Of a stretch of DNA of 43,362 bases, positions 1-10,285 are shown piece after piece. Every line of letters starts with the position of its first letter. Position 1 is the first letter of the stretch. Origin of the DNA: Jimgerdemannia flammicorona (taxonomy: Eukaryota); contig RBNJ01000076.1 in the NCBI GenBank assembly GCA_003990765.1, forward strand, positions 1-43,362, written 5' to 3'. Below the pieces are notes generated by a model. The model made no database searches and was not told where the DNA came from. It saw nothing but the letters and a program-made list of their open reading frames with translations. A program made the position numbers and the translations under genes.

Positions 1-1033
1 CCCCCTGGAGCACTACCCCCCCATTGTCCTTAGGCTATAGAGAGAACCAGCAGTCCCACCATCCCAGCTATGCAAGGGCAGTGTTGTATACCCCTATCCC
101 AACAATACATAGACTGGACTTGTCTGTTTACCTGGGCAGAATCATCAGTCTGAGACCACAAGAGCACACCTACATATCAGATCCAGTGATATCAAGACTG
201 AACAATATAACCCCCCTGATGCCAAATGAAAGCCAGAGGTAAAAGTAAACCCTCCAACTAACCAACTAGAAGCAGAATAGATTCATAGCAGGTGAGTAAA
301 GGACTTATATACAAGACCTTCTCAAAAGAACTAACATATGAGCTAAGGTTTGAAAAGATTCCACTCCTACTCTCTGAGCCTGCAGGCCTCAATTATGTTA
401 CTATATTAGCTCCCAGTTTCCATCAGGTACTATCAAATGAGGCAAGTCCTACTCTCTAAGCCTATAGGCTTTGATCACATTACTATATTAGCTTCTGGTT
501 TCAGTTGGATATAGTCAGAATACTGACCACTATACTACTCCACCTTCTGCTAGCCAATCAAAAGGCCCTACTGAGATAATATCTTTTCCAACCCTGATGA
601 CTACCCCTAGCCTAGTACTCAACTGGTTTACTGTTTTGTTCTTTCTCTTATCTGTGATAGTTATCTCCTCTCTCAATCTAACTCTATTTGAAAAACAGTA
701 ACCTATATCAGAACTGTACTCACTGAGAAGCTTATCAAAGCTCAGAGGGCCCCACTATAGACACTGATAATCTGTAAGTAACATACACTAGTACTTGATG
801 CTCAAGGTTAGCTATCTTTCTATATAGTCTATAATATACTACAATGATATCTTATTGATAATAGCAAAAGAAAGAAGGCATGGCACCAAAACAAATATAC
901 CCCAGACATAGCCAGAGGTACCAGAAACCTTGAAAAAGTAGAGAAGACACTGATCTGATACTGATAAAGGGGCAACTCATCACTATTACCTCTCTTTCTA
1001 TAATAGATATAGCATACCAACTCAAGGTAGAGG
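1..1033. other. Unassigned CpG-free degenerate sequence with + strand intron-like segments (possible decayed gene or TE remnant)
   Basis: No CG dinucleotide seen in ~1 kb. GTGAGT(292)...ACTAAC(330)...AG(342/347) and GTAAGT(774)...TAG(827) resemble ~55-nt fungal introns. No recognisable domain. Confidence 0.3.
365..503 (+). repeat. Degenerate direct duplication (~56 bp, period 82)
   Basis: tcctactctctgagcctgcaggc...ttactatattagctcccagtttc (365-420) vs tcctactctctaagcctataggc...ttactatattagcttctggtttc (from 447). Confidence 0.7.
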
Positions 1034-1239
1034 AGATATAAGTTATGAAAGGACTTCTTTTGCTCAAACCACTCAGAGTGAGCTAAGCCACACAGATATC
1101 TTTTTGTGAAAAGCAATATGTTTTCAAGTTTTCACTTTGCCTACACTGATGTACTAGGTGTATCAGGAGTCTGGCAACAATTCACAATAAGTTTCATTTA
1201 AATCTGTCAAGTTTTTATTGAATAGTAACTTAAGATTCA

Positions 1240-3101
1240 TCAAGCTCTGAGTGCTTGGAGAGGAGGAGGCCTGGCTTGGACCTCCCCAAGAGTTTTGCAG
1301 CAGTGGCAGGGGCTGGTGCTGCTGCTGGTGGGACAGGTAGTCAGAGGAGGTCTGCTGGTATTGAAGGCTGGCATACAGTAGTGGGGGGCAGAAGAGCTAC
1401 TACTAGGCCCATGAGGATAGGACAGGGGAGGCATAGTGTTGACAGGGGGGGGAGTCAGGTGACTGGTCAGTTGGTGGGTCAGGTGACTGCCAGGGGACAG
1501 GGGTCAGGAGGTGGGATGGCCAGAACTGATATTCCTGAGACTGGGCTAGTGGCTGGACCAGTGGCTGGGGGAGGGACTGCTGATGGGCTTCCTGGGGCTT
1601 GTAGGGTGACCACTGGTATCTTGGGAGATAAGGAGAAGGTGATGATGGTGGCTGGCTCTGGAGAACTAGTGGTGCATCCTTTTTTTCACAAATCAGTATT
1701 GACATGAGTGATCTCAGTGAATTTTCTGGGACTGGGTTTGTCTGCTAGGGAGGTTTTGTAGCTGGTGGGTGAGGAGATTGCTGGTGCAGAGTCCCTGAAG
1801 TTTATTCCATCAGCAGAGGCAGTGGAGATTGGCTTTGTGGAGGAGGAGAAGATGGTGAAGGCCCTGGAGAAAGGACTGGTAGTCAAGAGCATCAAGGTTA
1901 GAAATAGCAAAGTACCTGAGGTGGGATCTGTATACTATCTGTCTGGTGGTAGAAGGGTTGCCAACTCTCAGGAGACAGGAGACTAAGGAGATAGTGGCAG
2001 AGGTACTGGCAGGCTTTGGTGAGATGGTTGACTTCAGATTTATATTCTGGGAGGGGACTAAGCTGAGGAATGGTACTGTGAGATTATGGTGAGGCTGGAG
2101 AGCAAGGAGACCATAGGGCTAGAGAGGGACTGGCCAGAGGTAATTTGTGTTGGAGGACAGAAGTGCAAGGTGTGGAGAAGGAAAGGATCTGAACAAGAGG
2201 AGGAGGAACTGTTACTTGCTCTGGAGAAGAGAGAGGCTGTGAAGAAACTGCAAAAGAGGAGATGGGAGGAGTTTGCCAAGGACTGGATCTGGATTCTGAC
2301 AGATGGAAGGAGGAAGAGGTGGTGGAGAGCAAACTGGGAGCACCTGCAGATAGTCCTCCAGGGTGTGAAAATGGAGGAGAAAGTGAGGGCAGAGATGACC
2401 AAGAGTCAGATGGAGGAGATGGAGGTAGCTGAGGTGTCTTTTTCACAACTGGGGGGTGTGGAGAACTCAGCTCATATACTGGTAAAGGGGAAGTAGGCTG
2501 AGAGAGAGGAGGTAGGTGAAGGGGCTTTGAGGATATCACTGAAGTAGTATCTGAGACCCAGTTGGAGGATGTTCACATGGTAGGAGCAGTGAACATTTAT
2601 TGGAAATATCCAGAGGCAGGTGAGATGGTGCAGCTGGAGAAGAGTACTGAGGAGGATGATCTGGTAGATGTGGCCTCTGATGTGTCAGCAGATAAGTAGA
2701 TGCTACAGGAGCTGAGTAGAACTCTGAGGCCTGCCACCCTTGGACCTCTGGTGATAACAGCTGATGACTGGTATTAGGTGGTGCTTGAGGAACTTACAGA
2801 GAAGGATATCAAAGAAGTGGATGTATTTAATAGATCTCAGGAGACTTGGAAAGGATTCCTCAATGTTGCAATACAGGGGCTAAAGTTAGTGACAGCAATG
2901 GTAGCAGTACTTCTGGATGATGAAGGGTATGAGATAGATGAGGCCTAGATGGCTGATATCAGGAAAGTATCATCTGAGAGAGTGGATATCTTCTGCAGCA
3001 GTATAAATGGTACCCATATCTGGAGAGCTATCTGTGAGGAATGAAAGGAAATAATCTATGGTCAGGCTGAAAGAGTAGTGGTGATTCTGGTGGAGCTTTA
3101 A
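1240..3101 (+). pseudogene. LINE-A ORF1 remnant (Gly-rich N-terminus, RRM-like region, acidic/coiled-coil C-terminus)
   Basis: ORF fragments 1255-1707, 1765-1986 and 2086-2496 (SLKFIPSAEAVEIGFVEEE, WPEVICV..EQEEEELLLALE) are homologous to ORF1 pieces of the other copies. Many premature stops; start approximate. Confidence 0.8.
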
Positions 3102-3113
3102 ACATTTTTATTA

Positions 3114-6100
3114 ATGATGATGAACAGTCTATATATCTTATCACTAAATGTCAATGATCTGTATGATGGAATGAAGTAAAGGCATCTATTTCATTGACTG
3201 AAGGTCAGGAGGTATGAGGTGGTATTTCTTCAGGATATTTGAGCCTATAGTGAGCAAGATTATGAGAAATGAAACAAAGAATGGTATGGCAGTACTAGTT
3301 GGAATGTGCAGGTGGACATCTTGGTTGGCTTGGGGAGAGGTGAGCTGGTGGAGATTGAGGTTTATGGTGATCAATTGATTTGGAGGAGATTAAAAGAAAG
3401 AGCTAGCAATAGGCTAGTTATTGGCTCTGCTTATCTGCCTGCAGTTGGCAGAGAACAAAAGCAATGGATAGAGGGCTGGCTGGTTTGGAGAGACCAAGAG
3501 GGGGTTGGGCTGGACATTCTGGGAGGGGACTTCAATATGGTATATGACAGAACATTAGATAGATCTGATAGTGGGGTTGAAGTGGCTGTATCAGCAGGAC
3601 TCTCACAGTGGCTTCAGGTTGAGAGGGATATGGGATTGGTTGATAGGATATGACAATATCAAGGGGAGAGGCCAGGGCCCTTTACTAGGTGGCACCTAGT
3701 TGGCAAGGACTTGGTGGGGATAAGAATTGATTGGATTCTGATAGCAGAATACTGGGGTAATGTATTGGATTTGGTGGAAGTATAATAGTGTCCTTGGTCA
3801 GACCACTAGGGAGTCAAGGTGTATGGGAGATTTCAGGTAATCAGTAGAGGTGGAGATTACTGGAGACTTAATGTGGCTCTACTCAAAAGATAGACAGAGT
3901 GGGAACAATTTGTAACTATTGTAAGGTAGGAAGTAATACAGTGGAAAAACAGTAGATAGCCAATAGAGCAGTAGTGGGGTAATTTTAAACATTTGGCAGG
4001 TGCTTACTGGTGTGATATAGGAGATGTTGCTGGAAGAGAGCAGAAGCATAGAGAGAAGAGAGTTGAGTGAGGACTTTGATGGTGGCTGAGGTTGTTGGAA
4101 GGAGAGAGATTGTCAGGAGAGTGATGCTACCAGTTGGCCAAAGAGATGACTGAGTTGAAATTGGATTTGAGAGCAGCTGAAGATAGGGTAGTAGATAGCC
4201 TGTTGGTAAGATTGTGGGCAAGGCAGTTGGAAGAAAGAGAGTGGCCCACTAAATATTTATCAGGAATCTTGAAAGCCAGGAGAGTGCAGCACAGCTGGGC
4301 TTCAGTACTGTAGGAGGATGGAGTTGAGATTACTGATATTGCTGATATGCTTGGAAGATCTCTGGTCAATGGCATACTCTCTGATAGGATAATGAAGGGC
4401 CAGTGGAGAGTGAGGTTTTGCATGAGAATAATGACAATTGGTTGGCAGCTAGCCAGTGGTAGCAGTGCCTGAGATAGATAGGGCAGTTATGGGCATGGTG
4501 GTCCTTGAAGAGGTGTTAGAGGTACTGAGGAATGTGTAGGCTGGTTCATTGCCAGGAGAGGATGGACTGCCTTGGGAGTTCTAGAAGGAGTTCCAGGCTG
4601 AGTTTGGTGAATGGCTAGTTGAAATGGTAAACTTCATATTGTGAGAAGGCTATTGGACCAGTAATGGTTCTTTAGGATTGATCTCCCTATTATATAAGAA
4701 GAAAGGGGACTGATATATGTGGCAGAACTGGCAGCTGATCATATTACTGAATGTGGACAGAAAGCTGGTGTCCAAAATTTTGGCAGAGAGAATACAGTGG
4801 TAGATTGGCCAATTGGTGGGTGAGGATCAGTAATGTTTCATAAAGGGGAGGCAGATTTGAGACAGTACTGCCTGGGTGCAAAATGTTTTGAAGAGCTGTA
4901 GAAGCTGGTAAGTAGATAGGCAGATGGTCTTTCTAGATCAAGAAAAGGTATATGACAGAGTGAGGTGGAACTATTTGGAGGCAGTATTGTGGAGAGTCAG
5001 ATTCAGTATAGTAAAGGCTCAGAATTTAATGGGTCTGATGTAAGGCTGCTGAGCAGCAGTACTGATGAATGGGTGGTGTGACCCAGAGTTTATTTTGGAG
5101 AGAGGTGTACTATAGGGGGATCTTCTTTTACCCCTGCTCTATATTTTGTCCTTAGAGCATTTGTTGGCTTGGCTGAAGAGAAAGCTGACTGGGTTGCAGA
5201 TGGGAGATATGGTCTGGAAGTTGGGGGCCTTTACTGATAATATGGTAGTTGGGTTAGGCTGTATGGAAGATATCAAAAGCCTGCAGGAAGGAGTTGGATA
5301 ATATGAGAGACTGGCAGGGGCAAAGTTGAATTAGGACAAGTGTGAGACTATAGAGCTTGGGGCTAGACTAAGAGAGAATGGATGTTTTGGATGAATGGTG
5401 GGTACAGGAGAGGCAGTTCAATATTTGGGTATCTGGTTTTTAATATATGGAATGGTGCTGCTGAAGAAGTAGTAGTGCAGTATGATACAGAAGTGGGAGA
5501 GTGCTTTAACAGACTGATCAGAGAGGGGTTTCTCCTTAGTCAGAAGAGTTGTAGTATTGAATATATACTGGTTGCCTAAGTTGTAGTATCTGGGATATCA
5601 TCTGAACTTTTCTGGATAGGTGGTACAGAGACTGAAGAAGGTAGTAGAAGGATGGCTGTAGCAAGGAAGGCAGCTACAGATTAGTTGAGAGATAGTGGTG
5701 ATGCAGACAGTAGATGGCAGTCTAGGGCTGGTGGACTTTAGAAGGAAGTTGAAGATACTTTGGGGCTGGTGGGGTTATTGATTGGCAGAACTAGGTGTGG
5801 ATGGTTAGGGCAGACTGATTATGGACAATTGGGAGGTCAGGTTCTGCCCCCATGGTGAGGCTAGGAAGGATATACAAGATTTGCTTCAGGTGGGAAGGAT
5901 TGGCAGATTGTGTTACAGGGGGGTTCTGGTGGGGTATTGTGGAGGCCTGGCTGGTAATAGAACTTACAGATTCAGAATCTGATAAAGGAGAGGACCTGGA
6001 GCAGAAATAGTAGTGACTAGGAGACCTTCATATTGGTGGCCACTGGTTGGCAGAATACTCTCTGTCTGGAGTGATGGAATAGATCAGGACAGGTTTACTG

Positions 6101-6740
6101 GAGAGGTGGCCAGTTGATTGGCAGAAGGTCAGGTTTGGTGAAGATTGAGAGTGGGGTCAGATATAGGATTGGGGGGCCTCCATGCTCAAGGTGGTACCAC
6201 CAAAGTTTTGGGTGGAGATTCTTGCAAAGGAATGTAATGTTGGAGTACTGAATAGGATAGATGGAGATAGAAGATATAAGAGAATGTGAGTGGTACTGTA
6301 AGATAGATGGAGCTGTGGTGTAGATGTCAGAGCATGTCTTGGCAGTGTGTCTGGGGGTTGAAGGATATTGGCAGATGTTGGAAGGTTATTGGGATTATGA
6401 GGGTGAGTGACCAGGGGGCCCCACTAGTCAGGTGGTCAAGTGGCAACTAGTGGGAGAGTCTGGGGATATATGGAATGGCCTGGGCAGTATCCTTGGCATC
6501 TGGGTCCTAATGGTGGTGCACTGGCAATGGGTGTTCAAGAGAGATCCCTGGATGGGAATTGGTGAATTGGTAGAGCAGTGGAGATGGTTACTTCTGGAAG
6601 TAGTGCAAGGGTAGTGGTATCAGGAGAAGAGGTACCAGTTAGGGGCCATGAGAAAGATGCAGGATATTGTACAGAGGAGTTGTGAGCACCTAGTGCTAGA
6701 TGACAGAGGGGTGCAGTGGAGAGAAGGTGTGGGCTGATAG
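3114..6740 (+). pseudogene. LINE-A ORF2 remnant: APE endonuclease, reverse transcriptase, C-terminal CCHC finger
   Basis: MMNSLYILSLNVN, VFLQDI, ILGGDFN, RIDWIL, WSDH (endonuclease). PGEDGLPWEF, FLDQEK.YDRV, GDLL.PLLYILSLE, GAFTDN (eroded AFADD, ~5224-5241) (RT). Many TAG/TGA/TAA stops. Confidence 0.92.
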
Positions 6741-6829
6741 GCCCTTCTTTGTACTTTGTTTTTATAGCAGTCATCAGATACAGCTATTGTTGTATTAGAT
6801 AATTTAGGTAATAAAAGAGTCAAAGTAAC

Positions 6830-6868
<39 letters not shown>

Positions 6869-7002
6869 TATAAGTTATGGAAAAGGAACTTGGAAGGTTG
6901 CCTACCAAACCTTGGGACTTGTAAGGTAGCGGAGAAAGGGGATGTACATGGCAAGTACCTTTGTTTGGAAATTTGTCTGATGATATCAACGAGTTAAGAC
7001 AG

Positions 7003-7027
7003 AGTCACGTGGTATAAGCACGTGCTT
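7003..7027. promoter_or_regulatory. Pair of CACGTG E-boxes (possible bHLH sites) upstream of the zinc-cluster gene
   Basis: GTCACGTG (core 7006-7011) and 12-bp palindrome AAGCACGTGCTT (7016-7027). Function is inferred only. Confidence 0.25.
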
Positions 7028-7518
7028 CGGACTGAAGATCCCGTTATGAAAATTATGTATAAATACTCAATTCTTTCGCTTGAAATAAAGGCAGTCTGAA
7101 ATCGGATAAGCAGCGCACATTTCAAACGTGTGCATTCAAGCTGAGATCGGACATCCTCAAACATTTTACTTAGTGAATACCTTAGAAATTCCGTCCTAAT
7201 TCCCGACGAAATTTTGTTAACCCGCCTATATCCATCTCTTACGCAAGACAAGTCTCGAAACGCATCGAATTTTTTTTTTGGTCAAAAAGACTGAATAACT
7301 TCGTCGAGAATTCCTTCTCGGCATACCTCCGAACATACCGCAGACAAATACAAAAAGCTGGACAGACAAAATCGTACGTATAATATGGAAACTCGTTGAC
7401 TTAATTTTATAAAGCGAAATATGGACGACGATTCACATACCATAAAATTCCGAACCATTCTCTCAAAACCACGAGAAAAGTTTCTATACTCTCCCTCCAC
7501 GACATCCGCCCGTGTAGC

Positions 7519-8046
7519 ATGCCTCCTTGTCTCGAAATATGTCACTTCTGCCTATACTCTATTTCTCCAGAAGGGGATATGGGTTCCTTTCAAGACCATA
7601 TGACTTCGAAGACTTATGATAGCAAAATGCCGAACGGCGTCTCAACTAGTGGACCTACTCCGGACAACACGGATATCCTTCCAAGTGGTATATTGGACCG
7701 AGGCTTGCAGAGTCTCTCTGCTTCCGTACAACTTCGTTCCACCTCGAAAGCCTACGCTGCCAACTTCCCAATTAATCACGCAACGTCGGAGTCAGGCATG
7801 AATTCCACCCAACAGCCCACCACAGAAACCTCAGCCACTTCCATTTCCAGGCCTATTCCGTACAAGAAATGTCCAGACTGTTTGAGGAAGAAGAGACGTT
7901 GTCGCATTCACGTTACTGGCAGGACCACAAAACGGAATCCTCCCGGAAACCGGTGCTTTGAATGCATAAAGGACAAGAAAGTATGTCGAGGAATGCCTTG
8001 CACACGTTGTAAACACCTCGGTAAGACTTGCCATATGAAAAATTAA
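7519..8046 (+). CDS. Small fungal Zn(II)2Cys6 (GAL4-type) zinc-cluster protein with C-terminal cluster
   Basis: 175-aa intact ORF in CpG-normal DNA. C-terminus CFECIKDKKVCRGMPCTRCKHLGKTC = C-x2-C-x6-C-x4-C-x2-C-x6-C, preceded by CPDCLRKKRRCRIH. Ser/Thr/Pro-rich middle. True start (7519, 7579, 7600 or a spliced upstream exon) is uncertain. Confidence 0.8.
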   Translation: MPPCLEICHFCLYSISPEGDMGSFQDHMTSKTYDSKMPNGVSTSGPTPDNTDILPSGILDRGLQSLSASVQLRSTSKAYAANFPINHATSESGMNSTQQPTTETSATSISRPIPYKKCPDCLRKKRRCRIHVTGRTTKRNPPGNRCFECIKDKKVCRGMPCTRCKHLGKTCHMKN

Positions 8047-9272
8047 GAGAGTCCCTAATTTTAAACTTATTGACTTCGCTATCAACCTTTTACGGTCCCA
8101 CTATATTGAAGAAAACAATGAATATTTTATTTGCGCGAATTTATATATTTCAATACAATAGTACGATATGTACAAATTATGAGGTGAAACTTGCCAACCT
8201 TAGTGTATGAGGAATAAGCAATACAAAATTTATAAACTACAAATTTCTATGTATAAGACTAATATATAAACTTCATATCAGTAAACATATTTTCTTTGAT
8301 TGAGTGATTACAAATGACTCCAAGAATCCCATTTAACGTGACTCAATTCAATTCAATCTGTATGTGACACTGGCTATACGCCAGGGTTTCACGTTTTGTC
8401 ATGTCAAATGTATTATACCAGGAACGTACATATTATAGCTGTGCGACGTCCCTTCACACTTGACCAGAAACGCTTGACTCCGCTTTTAGGCATTATAAGT
8501 AGGGCCTCAGCGGACGGACATAATGACCCATTTAATGATAAAATATGTAGCGCCGAGGGCGTCATATGCAATACCGAAACAGGTATTCGCCATCACAGAC
8601 TTTAAATGACAAGATACAACTTTGCCCAAAGTACTAATGGAATTTCAAGGTGGCGATGCTGACGGGTATGTTATGCTAAGTCTACAAGACCTATTAACAC
8701 TTCATCTGATGACAACTGTCTCATCCTATGTCGGATGCATTACGGGTCGAAATTGATGGGTTACCAGAATGCGCAAAGCGGACTGAAGAAATCACACGCT
8801 AGCGGTTTTCAGAGTAGCAGGGGAAGGGGAAAACCGTCGGACATGGATAAATCTGCATGGAAACTCAATAAAGTTTTGTCCCCGACGTTCACGACAGGAG
8901 GTTCATCCATAGAATTGAATGGGTAATTTTGTACTTGGTTGGTGACGCACACGGACTTCTGAGCTGGCGCTTGAGGGGGATTATGGGGTATCCCATATTT
9001 TCTTGAGCTTGATGTAAATGAGTTTTGGATATTGTGACAAGCATATAACATAGTATAGCCAGTTGACATGAACACTCAGCACAGTGTAGTGTAACGTGCC
9101 CGGCTCAATGGAGGCAAATTACAAGGTTGGGGGTGGATGTAGTTTGGCTTGAGCCCCCAGTTACTTTGTCAAAAGCAACAAAATGTTGTTGGTGTTTAGT
9201 GGTATAATAGTCAGATCTGGCGGTATGCGCGACGGTCTAGCAATTTAGTGGTTTTCCTTCTTGGGTGACGGG

Positions 9273-9548
9273 CGATCTCTGTGTAGCACGACGATCTCCA
9301 AAAGTATGCAATTTCTGTGTGACGATCTCTTTGGGTTGTGCGACGATCTCTGTGTAGCGGGACGGGTTCCTTATGCAGAGCGGTCTGGTAATTTGGTGCA
9401 CTGGGAACGGGTGAATAACTCGGGCGGCGGATAATTCGGATAACTCAGATAACGGCGGATGACGCGGATTCTTCCTGAATCGGCTCTTCTGGGAATACGG
9501 GATAACTTGATAACTCGGATGACGCGGATAACTCGGATGCGGATTCTT
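9273..9548. repeat. Short CpG-rich repeat clusters in the distal LTR
   Basis: CGATCTC x4 (9273, 9292, 9323, 9344). 9-bp-period CGGATAACT/CGGATGACG arrays at ~9415-9475 and ~9498-9548. Confidence 0.8.
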
Positions 9549-9960
9549 GGCAAGTTACGTCAAGACTGGCTACGTTTGCGCGGGGTTACATCGTAGACTG
9601 ACTCCACTGCGAAGTTGCGTCAGAAGACTGGCTTGTGGCAAGATTCCTTAAGGCGGGCTCTCTGGGAATGGCGGATTACTCAAAAAGCGGCGAAGTTCTT
9701 CACTCGAACTCAGCGGCAAACTCAGGCTTTGTATCGGAAAGTGGACCTGAGTGGAAAGGGAACCAAGCTCACAACTTCTTGGCAGTGGCTTGGCAGGTTT
9801 CTCCTCCTAAGTGTACCAGACAATTGGCTTTTGCTTTGGTTTGTATTTCGGACTGAAGTTTATTCACTCTTGTCTCTGGGGTATTTTATACAAGTTGGTT
9901 GCTACCTAGTTGCTATATGGCTAATTATAGAAGGCTATTTATGGCAGATGTTTCTGGTTC

Positions 9961-10042
9961 TGTACAAGTGTTCAGGTCCTGCACAAGTGTTCAGGTCCTG
10001 TACAAGTGTTCAGGTCCTGTACATGTGTTCAGGTTCTGTACA
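9961..10042. repeat. 19-bp tandem repeat x4.3 in LTR U3
   Basis: TGTACAAGTGTTCAGGTCC units at 9961, 9980, 9999, 10018, with no spacers. Confidence 0.95.
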
Positions 10043-10105
10043 GATACCCTTTCTGATATGTCTGACTAATTATATAAGTTGTCATGACAAAGCAGTCCTA
10101 GCTGT

Positions 10106-10198
10106 CCAGATATGTTTGACTGTCTTTTTGTGCACCCAGATATGTTTGGCTGTCTTTTTGTATACTCAGACATGTTTGACTGTTTTTTGTATGTCCAG
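10106..10198. repeat. 30-bp tandem repeat x3 in LTR U3
   Basis: CCAGATATGTTTGACTGTCTTTTTGTGCAC-like units at 10106, 10136, 10166. Confidence 0.92.
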
Positions 10199-10285
10199 TA
10201 TAATATATAGTTATAATGTTTTTTGGTAGTACAATTTCTGCTGCTTGTCACATCACTAAAGGATGGTCTGTCCCCAGACTGTCCT

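Larger units (their letters stand above)
1048..6866 (+). mobile_element. LINE-A: full-length degenerate L1/Tx1-like non-LTR retrotransposon (family 1)
   Basis: 5' end defined by homology with the LINE-C end at ~20385. ORF1 and ORF2 remnants present. AATAAA followed by poly(A) at 6833-6866. TSD agatataagttatg (1034-1047) / aggtataagttatg (6866-6879), 13/14 identical. Confidence 0.93.
9090..10252 (-). repeat. 3' LTR of Gypsy-1 (~1.16 kb)
   Basis: Starts TGTGAC at 10252; this boundary is supported by the second copy ending at 30488. Candidate end ...GTTACA at 9090. TATAAAATA (~9885) then AATAAA (~9860) on the minus strand. The 9090 boundary is not independently confirmed. Confidence 0.72.

Noticed and set aside
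7000-7075. tRNA-like stretch (gtggtataagcac...ttcgga)
   Set aside because: No cloverleaf, acceptor stem or correctly spaced T-loop.
7512-7570. Intron joining ORF 7421-7603 to the zinc-cluster ORF
   Set aside because: Phase-compatible with a good acceptor (ttctccag), but the donor GTGTAG is weak and no clear branch point is present; unsupported without RNA data.
9090-9590. Separate 501-bp solo LTR bounded by TGTAAC...GTTACA
   Set aside because: Flanks (tgtag / tcgta) are not a TSD and CpG-rich LTR-homologous sequence continues to ~9850; kept only as an alternative boundary.
9961-10198. CRISPR-like appearance of the 19-bp and 30-bp repeats
   Set aside because: Head-to-tail units with no unique spacers, no cas genes, and they lie inside a eukaryotic LTR.
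9615-10229. 204-aa + strand ORF
   Set aside because: No ATG start, runs antisense through the LTR and its tandem arrays, and has no domain features.
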